64,000 nt of DNA from an uncultured Acidobacteriaceae bacterium (GTDB taxonomy: Bacteria > Acidobacteriota > Terriglobia > Terriglobales > Acidobacteriaceae). Under the pieces are notes generated by a model, which worked only from the letters and a program-made list of their open reading frames with translations, ran no database searches and had not been told where the DNA came from. The translations under genes and the position numbers were made by a program. This document shows positions 1 through 11,200 of the stretch, piece after piece. The stretch covers positions 337,412 through 401,411 of the forward strand of contig CAVZUO010000001.1 of assembly GCA_963778535.1 (NCBI GenBank). The letters are read 5' to 3'. The first letter of the stretch is position 1. The number at the start of each line of letters is the position of its first letter.

Positions 1-96
1 GGCCCTGTCGACGATCTGACGCTTCGTCTTAAGGCGAGTAAGTTTCCTGGCCCTGCGGATCAAGTCTTCGTCAATCTCAATATTGGTTCTTCCCAT
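1..96 (-). CDS. Type II antitoxin, VapB/ribbon-helix-helix type, N-terminal part only (gene runs off the left window edge)
   Basis: The reverse-strand ATG at 96 gives MGRTNIEIDEDLIRRARKLTRLKTKRQIVDRA..., the stereotyped N-terminus of VapB-family antitoxins. The partner toxin would lie outside the window. Confidence 0.5.
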   Translation of the reverse strand, partial: MGRTNIEIDEDLIRRARKLTRLKTKRQIVDRA

Positions 97-196
97 AACA
101 TATCCATCATACACCATTTTATTACGTTTTGGTGTATACAGATGAGATCGCCAGTTGCGCAAAGCGCAATGCACTTGTCGGTTAAGGTCGGGCGGT

Positions 197-577
197 CTAT
201 TCCAGTTGCAGGCCCAGTTCGGCAACCTCTTCCTCAGTCTCGAAGCCAAGCCAATGAGCGACTTCGTGCCACACGACAGTTTTCAGGACGGCATCGAGTT
301 GGCTGCCGGCATACCGGGTCACAGGTCCCTGGTAGATGTGGATCACGTTGGGCGCCGCAGGAATTGCAAATTGTGACTTTTTGGAACGAGGCACACCAAT
401 GAAACGTCCTAGAATCGTACGTCCGTGTGGTGAGTCGGATGACTCCTGGATGATTTCGATCGGAGGAAAGTCAGGCAGATCTCGTATCTTCACCGGCAGC
501 GAGTCATACGCCACCTGAACTCTGCGCTCGAAATCATCGTCCGCACTGCTTTTTGGAGGCATTCCCGATGCTGCCAA
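197..577 (-). CDS. Small zinc metallopeptidase family protein (minimal zincin, DUF1025/MtfA-like)
   Basis: 126-aa ORF with a C-terminal HEVAH (HExxH) motif followed by an acidic tail. Size and layout fit minimal zincins. Confidence 0.6.
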   Translation of the reverse strand: MAASGMPPKSSADDDFERRVQVAYDSLPVKIRDLPDFPPIEIIQESSDSPHGRTILGRFIGVPRSKKSQFAIPAAPNVIHIYQGPVTRYAGSQLDAVLKTVVWHEVAHWLGFETEEEVAELGLQLE

Positions 578-645
578 ATTACCCGATCTTATCGCTGATT
601 ATTTGAATCTGCATTAGGCACCGGGCTCGTCGCGTCGTTTGTCGT

Positions 646-2049
646 TTACGCCGCCAGTTCCGGCTGCTTGGCATTGGACTCGGACCAACCTTGGGGCTTC
701 AAGGCGCGATTAATGAAGTAAGCGACGACCCCAGCCGCCATCAGGATCAACCCGAAAAAGAAAGCGCTGATCCCGAGAACGACTTCGTGTTCGCCGTTCG
801 CAATGGCGAACCCAAGCAACAACGTGGGCGGAACGCCGACCGCGATTGCGCCGAACAATCCACCGGGCACACGAAATGGCCGCTGCAGATTCGGTTCACG
901 CAGACGGAGCACAACGAGAGCGGCAAACTCTAGCACCAGGCTCGCGCCATAAATCATGATGTCCAGCGTAATCAGGCGCACAAAGCCGAGGTTCAGAGCC
1001 AGCGCCCACCCGGCGGCCAGCGCGAGGATTGCAACCCACGGCGTCCGCGACTTGGAATGCAATTTGGAAAAGACTTTTGGCAACATTCCATCCTGCGCCA
1101 TGGCGAGCGGCAGCCGCGAGTAGCTCATCACCAGCGCGTTGAACATCCCGAAGGCGCTCATCATGCCGCCAGCGACCAATGCCAGCCGGAGGATTGGACC
1201 GCCCATTAATTGTGCGACGTCGGCCCATGCACCCGTCTCCCAAGCGGAAGCCGGCAACCCGGTGATCCACATCGCCGCAAACGGCAGCACATAAGTCAGA
1301 GCCACGATGAGCACTGCGCACAACATGGCGCGGGGATAGGTGCGCTGGGGGCGCTCCACCTCTGTGGCGATAGTCGAGGCGTTGTCCCATCCCATGTAGT
1401 TCCACATACAGATCAACAAGCCGCCCAGGATATCCACGTTGGAAGTAGTCGGCTTCGTTACCGCAGTCGCGAGCGCTCCTAACTTGAATGGAGCCAGAAT
1501 AACGATTGCCGCGAAGGGCGCCGAAAGAAGAAAGAAAAGCCACAGCGAGGTTGTCGAAACCACTTTCACACCGGCAATATTCAGGGCCGCACAAACGACG
1601 ACCACGCCCAAGGCGACCGCCAATCCACGATGGTTCTCCTGGAACCAGGGGAACATGCGCGTCAGATAGGCGACGAATAGAGTTGGATAGATCGCCATGT
1701 CAAAGATGGACGCGACCAGCGAGAGCCAGGCTTCCTGAAATCCCCAGAAGTTTCCCATCGCGCGGCGCACCCAGGCGTAATAGCCGCCCTCGAAGGGCAG
1801 CGCGCTCGAAAGCTCGCCAATCATGAATGCAGTCGGAAGGCTCCAGAGCAGCGGGGTCAGCAAGAGGATGAAGATCCCCTTGCCGTAGCCAGCGCCGTGC
1901 ACAATGTCTTCAGTTCCGTACGTCCCGCCGGACACCATGAAAAACGTGGCGGCGACTAGTGGCCACAATGTGAGGCGAATCGACTTTTTCCCAGGGAAAA
2001 CAGCAAGGGCAGGGGTTCGGAGGTCAGTAGTAGCGGTGGCTGTTGCCAA
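646..2049 (-). CDS. APC-family amino acid/polyamine permease
   Basis: 467-aa polytopic membrane ORF. The N-terminal FFMVSGGTYGTEDIV and the approximately 12-TM layout are typical of APC permeases. A GGAGGA RBS lies upstream. Confidence 0.8.
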   Translation of the reverse strand: MATATATTDLRTPALAVFPGKKSIRLTLWPLVAATFFMVSGGTYGTEDIVHGAGYGKGIFILLLTPLLWSLPTAFMIGELSSALPFEGGYYAWVRRAMGNFWGFQEAWLSLVASIFDMAIYPTLFVAYLTRMFPWFQENHRGLAVALGVVVVCAALNIAGVKVVSTTSLWLFFLLSAPFAAIVILAPFKLGALATAVTKPTTSNVDILGGLLICMWNYMGWDNASTIATEVERPQRTYPRAMLCAVLIVALTYVLPFAAMWITGLPASAWETGAWADVAQLMGGPILRLALVAGGMMSAFGMFNALVMSYSRLPLAMAQDGMLPKVFSKLHSKSRTPWVAILALAAGWALALNLGFVRLITLDIMIYGASLVLEFAALVVLRLREPNLQRPFRVPGGLFGAIAVGVPPTLLLGFAIANGEHEVVLGISAFFFGLILMAAGVVAYFINRALKPQGWSESNAKQPELAA

Positions 2050-2441
2050 TTTCTATGGAGTCCTCCTTCCTCAGGGTCGCCGGACGGCGCTCAATTGGCT
2101 CTCCGGATCGCACGCTACCTTCGCGCGATGGCACTTGAGCTAGTCCAGGTAGTTAGCGCCTCACTTATGCCACCGCGTCTTAAGCTTCATCAGCTTCATC
2201 CTGAAAAAGGCTTGCTCTCACGGCTTCCGGTACGGCGCTTGCCCGGACATTTCGGCAAAGTTCGTTCGCATTTTTGAGATTACGGCAAATTTCCACAGAT
2301 GCAAGAAAATTCAGCACAGAGTTGGGTTTTTTTCGGCGCGGGGTGCTGGTGCATACGCGCCATAGCCAACCGGCCCAACGCTCTGTAAAATGTCTCGCCG
2401 GGTCCTGTCGCGGTCCCAACTAGCGACACCAAGGAGCACAT

Positions 2442-3281
2442 ATGAACCTCAACTTCAGCGCTATGACGCAAACCGCCACCACATTGCTGACAACCGTCGG
2501 ATTGAAAATTCTCGGCGCGATCGCCATCTGGATCATTGGCCGGTGGCTGATCAGCCTTTCGCTACGATTGATCGGCAGCGCCCTGCGAAAACAGAAAATC
2601 GACCCTACCCTGATCCGCTACATCAACTCGGGCGTAGCGGCGCTGCTGAATATCGTGCTGGTCGTCGCCATCCTTGGGTTTTTCGGGGTTGAAACCACAA
2701 GCTTTGCCGCTTTGCTGGCGGCAGCGGGCGTCGCCATTGGCATGGCATGGTCGGGACTGCTCTCGAACTTTGCCGGCGGCGTGTTTCTTGTGATCCTGCA
2801 GCCTTTCAAAGTTGGGGATTTCGTCACGGCTGCGGGCGTGACCGGCACAATCGAAGAAATCGGACTGTTCGCAACGGCCCTCAATACGCCCGACAACGTG
2901 AGGACGATCATCGGCAACGGAAAGATTTTCGGGGACACGATTCAGAACTTTTCGGCTAACCCATACCGGCGCGTCGAACTCACAGCTCAACTGGCCCACG
3001 GCGTCGATCCGCAGGCCGCCGTCGAACTTCTCAAGCCCGCGCTGGCGAAAATCCCGAACGTCCTCGATAAGCCCGCGCCCGATGTAGAGATCCTGACCTT
3101 TAATCTCGCCGGCCCGGTGCTCGCTGTGCGCCCGTATTGCAACAATACCCACTACTGGCAGGTGTATTTCGATACCAATCGGCTGATCCGCGAGACCTTT
3201 GCCCACGCCGGTTTCCCCGTTCCAGAACAGCATTATGCCGTGCGAGGAGGGGAAGAACTCAAACTGGCGAGAACGGCATAG
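2442..3281 (+). CDS. Mechanosensitive ion channel (MscS family)
   Basis: 279 aa with 3 N-terminal TM helices, then the MscS beta-domain signature FKVGDFV...GTIEEIGLF.T....DN....IPN. An AAGGAG RBS precedes the ATG. Confidence 0.85.
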   Translation: MNLNFSAMTQTATTLLTTVGLKILGAIAIWIIGRWLISLSLRLIGSALRKQKIDPTLIRYINSGVAALLNIVLVVAILGFFGVETTSFAALLAAAGVAIGMAWSGLLSNFAGGVFLVILQPFKVGDFVTAAGVTGTIEEIGLFATALNTPDNVRTIIGNGKIFGDTIQNFSANPYRRVELTAQLAHGVDPQAAVELLKPALAKIPNVLDKPAPDVEILTFNLAGPVLAVRPYCNNTHYWQVYFDTNRLIRETFAHAGFPVPEQHYAVRGGEELKLARTA

Positions 3282-3370
3282 AAAATGAGGAGCACTTGAA
3301 CCGCCGATACGCCGCAGGTGTTTTCCTAGAGGCCCCACCACTAGCCTGCAAGTTGTGTTTGGATTGATTT

Positions 3371-3406
3371 TCCCCGTGCACCCCTGTGTTCCCCGTGGTT
3401 AGAAGG
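3371..3406 (+). repeat. Flank repeat of the GxxExxY gene (left copy)
   Basis: TCCCCGTGCACCCCTGTGTTCCCCGTGGTTAGAAGG resembles 3965-3997 (direct) and 3926-3952 (inverted). Confidence 0.55.
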
Positions 3407-3478
3407 TTTTGAATTCATCACAAAGAAGACCTGATGAGGATCACAGCGACGCTCGTGGCGGGGTGATAAGGAAAGAAC

Positions 3479-3895
3479 ATGGCCAGCCCATCTATCATCC
3501 CGAGCCTCCGAATCAACAAAGTTTCGGCCGCCATCGTTAGTTCTGCCATGAAGGTGCATTCCATCCCGGGCCCCGGCCTGTTGGAGAGCGCCTACGATGC
3601 CTGCCTTGCCCACGAACTCCGCCAGCGTGGATTCCACGTGGCCACTCAAGTCGGCCTGCCGGCGGTTTACGAGGGAGAGAAACTCGACCTGGGCTATCGC
3701 ATCGACCTCCTCGCAGAGAGCCTGGTCATCGTCGAGGTCAAGCGTGTCGAGGCCCTTCACCCCGTGCACGAAGCCCAGCCTCTGTCATACCTGCGGCTAA
3801 GCCAGAAGAACGTCGGCCTTCTGATCAACTTCCACGTCGCCCACCTGAAAAACGGCATTAAACGCATGGTGGACGGATGGAATTGGGATAAGTGA
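3479..3895 (+). CDS. GxxExxY protein (PD-(D/E)XK nuclease-fold family)
   Basis: 138 aa. It has the GLLESAY (GxxExxY) motif, then the D..L......VE.K core typical of this family. An AAGGAAAG RBS is present. Confidence 0.8.
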   Translation: MASPSIIPSLRINKVSAAIVSSAMKVHSIPGPGLLESAYDACLAHELRQRGFHVATQVGLPAVYEGEKLDLGYRIDLLAESLVIVEVKRVEALHPVHEAQPLSYLRLSQKNVGLLINFHVAHLKNGIKRMVDGWNWDK

Positions 3896-3925
3896 ATTAA
3901 AACAGGACAGAAACCTTTTTTTTAC

Positions 3926-3997
3926 CACAGGGTGCACCGAGGAACACGGGGCAACCCTGATTTCCTCCGTGCGTCCCCGTGTACCTCATGGTTAGAA
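3926..3997 (+). repeat. Flank repeats of the GxxExxY gene (right copies: inverted, then direct)
   Basis: CACAGGGTGCACCGAGGAACACGGGGCA and CTCCGTGCGTCCCCGTGTACCTCATGGTTAGAAATT. Confidence 0.55.
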
Positions 3998-4006
3998 ATT
4001 CTTTAC

Positions 4007-5248
4007 CTAAACCTTACCCCACAACTCTTCGCGCGGGTCTTCAGGGTTGAGCTTAGCAATTTCGCGCAGCAACTCTTTCGTCTTCTCGTCCCGTGGCATG
4101 GGCACGGTGATCTTTATTTCTACAATCTCGTCCCCGCGCGCACCGTCTTTTGTGGCCGACGGCACGCCCTTCTCGCGCAGCCGTAACTTCTGCCCGGACT
4201 GGGTGCCCGGAGGAATTTTCAGTACGCTGCGACCATCAATCGTCGGCACCTCGATCTTCGACCCCAGCGCCGCCTCGACCGCCGTGACCGGTACCGTGAT
4301 GTAAATGTCGTCGCCCTCGCGGCGAAACAACGGGTGCTCGCCAATCCGAATGATGACGTAAAGGTCTCCCACGCCGCCGCCGCGGGTCCCGGCGTTGCCC
4401 TTGCCGGGGATTCGAATCCGCTGGCCGTCGCGCGTTCCCGGCTTGATCCGCACTTCGAGTGGGTCCGTCCGCTCCACGCTGCCCTCGCCGTGGCACACCG
4501 GGCAAGTCGAAATATTTTTCCCCGTGCCGTGGCAGCGCGGACAAGTAACGTTGAACTTCATCCGTCCGCCCGTCTGCTCAATCGTTCCCTTGCCATGGCA
4601 CTGCGGACACACACCCGGCGCCTCGATGAACCCATTCCCGTGGCAGTTTCCGCACACGTCACGCCGTGTGATGTTGAGCTTCATTACGCCGCCGCGAATC
4701 GCCGTCCAGAACGGCACGTTGACCTGGTATTCGAGATCGCTGCCCGGTTCGGGACCTTCTTCAGCGGCTGCGCCTCCTCCACCAGTGAAGATGTTGGAGA
4801 AGATGTCGCGGAAGCCGCCGGTGCCCGAAGAGGCTGTCTTGTGACCACCCCCGCGCGCGCCTTCGAAAAGGTCAGTAAAATCAAATCCGCCAAAGTCAAC
4901 GCCCCCCGGCGCGCGCCCAGCCTGACCACTCTGCGCTCCGGGAAAACCGCCCCCGAAGCCACCGGGGCCTGGCTGCCCGCCTCCGCGCGCGTACGCTTCG
5001 GCTGTCGCTGGGTCGATATTGTCGGAGTAGAACCCGACCTGGTCGTAGATTTTTCGCTTCTTGGGATCGCTAAGAACGTCGTTCGCTTCGGAGAGGGTCT
5101 TGAACTTCTCTTCCGCTGATTTGTCTCCAGGATTGACGTCGGGATGGTACTTGCGCGCCAGCTTGCGGAAAGCCTTGCGAATGTCGTCGGCTGAGGCCGA
5201 CTTTTTGACGCCGAGGATTTCGTAATAGTCTTTGGTTGGGGTCGCCAT
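4007..5248 (-). CDS. dnaJ: Molecular chaperone DnaJ
   Basis: J domain with HPD (KYHPDVNP), a long G/F-rich linker, four CxxCxGxG zinc-finger repeats and a C-terminal client-binding domain. Confidence 0.95.
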   Translation of the reverse strand: MATPTKDYYEILGVKKSASADDIRKAFRKLARKYHPDVNPGDKSAEEKFKTLSEANDVLSDPKKRKIYDQVGFYSDNIDPATAEAYARGGGQPGPGGFGGGFPGAQSGQAGRAPGGVDFGGFDFTDLFEGARGGGHKTASSGTGGFRDIFSNIFTGGGGAAAEEGPEPGSDLEYQVNVPFWTAIRGGVMKLNITRRDVCGNCHGNGFIEAPGVCPQCHGKGTIEQTGGRMKFNVTCPRCHGTGKNISTCPVCHGEGSVERTDPLEVRIKPGTRDGQRIRIPGKGNAGTRGGGVGDLYVIIRIGEHPLFRREGDDIYITVPVTAVEAALGSKIEVPTIDGRSVLKIPPGTQSGQKLRLREKGVPSATKDGARGDEIVEIKITVPMPRDEKTKELLREIAKLNPEDPREELWGKV

Positions 5249-5251
5249 GAT

Positions 5252-5321
5252 TAGCCATCAGCGATCAGCTTTTCGGCCATCAGTGAAATCGTAAAGCGAA
5301 AAACTGAGAGCTGATGGCTGA
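5252..5321. repeat. Long imperfect hairpin immediately upstream of dnaJ
   Basis: AGCCATCAGCGATCAGCTTTTC pairs with GAAAAACTGAGAGCTGATGGCT at about 20 of 22 positions, with an approximately 27-nt loop. Confidence 0.6.
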
Positions 5322-5338
5322 CGGCTGAGAGCTTGATT

Positions 5339-5521
5339 TTAATTCACCACTTCTTTCGCCTGCTCATCAACGCCAAACATAAATGCAGCTTCAAACGGTG
5401 CGGTATCCATCGAAACCGGAATGCGCTGCACACCCGTCGCCGTCGGAGCGTAGCAATACCAACGTCCCTCTTCCGGAACGAAGTTCACGAAAAACATTTG
5501 CCCATTGACTTCGAATTTCAA
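5339..5521 (-). CDS. Small hypothetical protein between dnaK and dnaJ
   Basis: 60-aa ORF with a TTG start preceded by AGAGGGA at RBS distance. No recognisable domain. Confidence 0.4.
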   Translation of the reverse strand: MKFEVNGQMFFVNFVPEEGRWYCYAPTATGVQRIPVSMDTAPFEAAFMFGVDEQAKEVVN

Positions 5522-5640
5522 TTTGTTCCCTCTTTCTGATTCCTATCCACTTAAACACGCGCTTTCTGGCTTTGTAGCGGGTCATAAGAATTTCAACCCT
5601 GCCGCAAAGCCCGTCATGACAAGTACGAAGCGTATCCGAG

Positions 5641-5669
5641 AAAAGATTGGGGGCGCTATTCACGCCCCC
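5641..5669 (-). terminator. Candidate intrinsic terminator downstream of dnaK
   Basis: The reverse strand reads GGGGGCG-TGAATAG-CGCCCCC followed by AATCTTTTCT. Confidence 0.4.
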
Positions 5670-5703
5670 AACTTTGCTCCGAGCTCGTGGCTTGCGACTC
5701 GAA

Positions 5704-5756
5704 GCAGATCCCTCGACTTCGCTCGGGATGATCGCAGCGGGGCTCAGACGCCCCGC
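5704..5756 (+). repeat. Dispersed palindromic repeat family A (GCAGATCCCTCG...CTCGGGATGA) plus adjacent GC hairpin
   Basis: GCAGATCCCTCGACTTCGCTCGGGATGATC, then GCGGGGCTCAGACGCCCCGC. It shares its termini with the copies at 28137, 29524 and 57134. Confidence 0.6.
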
Positions 5757-5765
5757 TAAGCGCGA

Positions 5766-7706
<1,941 letters not shown>

Positions 7707-7794
7707 AAAAACCTCCTGAATTTGCTGTGCTCAACCTCGATAATCTTGAGATAAGTGCCTTATAATCAGATAACTAACAGTTGCGATACCAACC

Positions 7795-7823
7795 ATGATA
7801 GAACTTGAGCGTTCTGTTGTCAA
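7795..7823 (-). promoter_or_regulatory. Candidate sigma70-type promoter for dnaK
   Basis: The reverse strand reads TTGACA-17 nt-TATCAT about 90 nt upstream of the dnaK ATG. No CIRCE-like element was seen by eye. Confidence 0.4.
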
Positions 7824-8018
7824 TGTTTAGATGTCTTGAAGGGCTGCGAAGATTCCTTCCTGGTTTTGAATTCGCTGAGGCGAACAATTGGCGAACAAAA
7901 TATTGTTTGGAATACGGATCGGTATGTACATTCGGTGCAGGGACAACAAAGCAAGGAGGTTCGGGGAGATCGGGGAGGTCGAAATCTGGGTTGACAGCGT
8001 GTGGTAAGGAACGGGGAA

Positions 8019-8062
8019 CCCAGTACCCAGCAGCCAGTATCCAGTTGCCAGTATCCAGTCCA
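8019..8062. repeat. Low-complexity CCAGT-based array
   Basis: CCCAGTACCCAGCAGCCAGTATCCAGTTGCCAGTATCCAGTCC lies between the dnaK upstream region and the S53 gene end. Confidence 0.6.
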
Positions 8063-8205
8063 AAATCGGGGGGCGAACCCTTCGACAGGCTCAGGTCAGG
8101 CACTGGGGCACAGAGCACAGACAAACCGCGCTACACAAGCAAAGCGGCCCAGGTTTCCTTGAGAGGATGACCTGGGCCGCGTTGTTGGTTGGCGTTGTTA
8201 GTTCG

Positions 8206-11200
8206 TTATTGCGCCGTGGTGCTCTGGTTCGCCGACGCTTCAGTGTAGTCAGCGTTTGTTGGCCAAACGGCCTTCAGCTTACAGGTGCCGGTGGCCTTCA
8301 ATACGGTCACCGTAGCCTGATAGCTTCCTGGGCCGTTGCTGCTAAAGGAAACGATGCTGCACTCCGCTGGCGTGGTCGTGGTGATGGATGGAGTGGCGGA
8401 CGAATTCGAACTCGCCGTCACAGTAAAGGTGCCACCGTTGTTTGCGGTTGCCGGGGCGCCGGTGAAGCTGGGCGTCGTCGTCACCTTGGTTGCGCGGATG
8501 TCGAGATTCTTGACCGCCGCTTTGTAGACCGTGTTCACGGCCCAGTTGGCAGCAAGATCACACACGTTCGATCCACTCAGCATCTGGACGGTCGACGTGA
8601 CCGTAGTGCCGCTCGTGGAGCTGCCGGTGATCTGGCAAATACTGCCGGTCGATGTAGTGATCACCGGTACGCTGGCGTCATTCACCGAGGACGCGGTCAC
8701 CGTGAAACTCGATCCATAGGGTGCGGTTGCCGGCGAGGGCCCCGTGAAGCTCACCGTCGGCGGGGTCGGCCCGACAACCGTGGTCGTCTCAGACACGGCT
8801 GTGGCCGCACTGTAGTTGCTGTTGCCAGCCTGCGACACGGTTTCATGGCAGAGGGTTCCTGGCCTTGCCCCCGCCGTTATGGTGTATGTCCCGGCGGAAT
8901 TGGTGCAGGTTCCGGAGCTGGCAAATGAGACCGGCAAGCCCGAACTGGCGCTGGCCACAATCGTGAAGCTGCTATTGTCAATTGCGGTCGACGGAGCTGA
9001 CGTGGTCACCGTAATCGTCTGGCTGGCCGGGTTGACAGTCTGGTTAATGGAGCCAGAAGCAGTCGTGTGATTGCTGTCGTTGGCGGTGTAGGTCGCCGTC
9101 ACCGTGTCAGAGCCGCCGCCCAGGATCGACGTGGTACAGGTCGCCGTTTGCCCAGAATTACCCGAGACTCCGCTTGAGGCGCAGCCCGTGTTCGCGCTCC
9201 ATGCTACCGAGCCATTGAGGTCACGCGGCCGTTTGGTGGTTCTGCGTCCTTTCACGGCGCCAGTGTCACTGGTGACGGTGGCTGTGAAGGTGATCGAATC
9301 GCCGTAGGTTGACGGATTCGACCCCGACGTTAGGCTGACGCCTACGCTTCCCACTGCTGGTTGCGCCGCGACGTATTCGGAGCTGCTCGCCGCCTGATAG
9401 TTGGTATCAGCCGCTTGCGTCGCGGTGACCGTGCAGGTGCCCGATCCGCTGATCATCAAGTAGGTCGCGCCCGAGTTGGTACACACCACACCATCACTGG
9501 TGTAGGTGATCGCACCCGTACCCAGACCCGAAGCCGCTACCGTGAAGCTGGAGCCGTACTCTGCGCTCGCCGGTGCCGGGGTGGTGAACGTTACGGTGTT
9601 CGTGGCCTGGTTAACGGTCTGGCCGCCGCTCAAGGTCGCCGAGCTGCCCGAGTAGTTGGAGTCGCCGGAGTAGGTCGCGGTGACAGTATGGTTGCCCGCG
9701 GTCAGCGTAGAAATGCTTAAAGAGGCTGTACCGGATGAAACGGAAACCGGAGAGCCGGAGTTGACGCCATCGATCACGAACTGCACGGAGCCAGTCTCCG
9801 TGGAACCAATGGCCGGCGTAATGGTGGCGGTGAAGGTGACCGATTGACCGTATGTGGATGGATTCTGGCTCGAAGTAACTGCCGTGGTCGTTACCACGCT
9901 GGTCCAGTTCTGAATGAGGTTATAGGCGTTGACGGTGCCGATGCCGGTGGAGAAATCCCATCCGGTGCTGGTACCGTATGCAATTTGAAGGGCGCTGTTT
10001 GAGACCGACAGCGCGCCTTGCTCCGTGACGGTGGCTCCATTGGCCGCCGAGCCAAAGCAATTGAAGGTACCGACGACGGCCCCGCGGCTGACGTCTTCGT
10101 CGCAATTCACATCCATGTCGCCGAGGGTTACGTCGTAGAAGACGCAACTGCTGTTGGCGCCTGTTCCCAGCGACGAGTTGCAAGCGGAATCGCCCGTCGC
10201 CCCATATTCCAATCCGGCCAAGGCGTAGTACCTGGGGTTAGGATTCCCCTGAAAACCTTCGCCAGAGGCCTGGTTTATCAATGCTTGAATGCCGGCCATG
10301 ATGGGCGAGGAGAAGGATGTTCCGCCGGCGGCCAGGTCGTTCACATCGGTTGCGTTGGTGTAGTCGCAAGCGGGCGCGCCGCCTTCCGCGGTGTCGGTCA
10401 TACAAAAAACGTAGAAGTGATTCCAGAGACCATTCGCGGCAAACAGCGACACGTCGGGGATATCGCGCACACCATCGCTGGGATTTCCGACTAGTCCCGA
10501 TTGCCATGACGGCTTGGGGTAGCCGGCGCAGGTTCCACCTGTGACGCCAGTTTGGCCTGCGGCTGGCGCTCCAGTGGCGCAGTTGCTTGGGCCTCCGCTG
10601 CCGGAGGCCGTTGAGCGGAAATTGGTTCCGGGGATCGTAGTGTCATTACAGAAGCCGCTCGCGCCGTAGGCTTGACTGAATCCCTCCAGACTATAGAGCA
10701 AATAGCTGGCGCAGGAGTCATTCCACGGAATCTCAGGCATGTAGGAGAGCGCCGTACCGAAAGTGGCAGAGTTGGTGGCGCTCCAGTAAGTACTGACAGG
10801 AGGCCCTCCGACGGCGGCCTCATAAGTGTCGCCAAAATCGGTGCCGCCAACCGACACGTTATACGGAGTCGAGGTGAATCCACTGACCGCAATACCGTGA
10901 GTGGCCGCGGCCCTGTTGGCATCACAAGAGGCCGCACTCTCATCTCCAGAAGAAACGAATATGGAAACTCCCTCCGAGGCCCCCTGCTGGTAGGCGTTGT
11001 TATAGCTCAGGTTCGAGGAGGCGCCATTTTCAGACTCGCATTCGCCGTAGCTGATGCTCATGACGTTCGGTGGAGTTGCACCATTGACCACGTTCTGCAC
11101 CGCAGCCAGGAGGCTTCTGCAGGACGCGAGCACGATATTGGCATTCGGTGCGGAAGCACCAGACCATTCCGCATCGAGAGCGGCTTCATCTTCAGCCCCA

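Noticed and set aside
4420-4445. GGGGATTCGAATCCG resembling a tRNA T-arm
   Set aside because: It lies inside the dnaJ coding sequence with no surrounding cloverleaf.
7740-7810. Two CTTGAG motifs upstream of dnaK, considered as an HspR (HAIR) or CIRCE operator
   Set aside because: They are direct and not inverted repeats. No ACTCAAG partner at N7 spacing is present, and there is no TTAGCACTC/GAGTGCTAA match.
8167-8928. 253-aa Arg/Gly-rich plus-strand ORF
   Set aside because: It is antisense to the Ig-like repeat region of the S53 peptidase gene and is a shadow frame.
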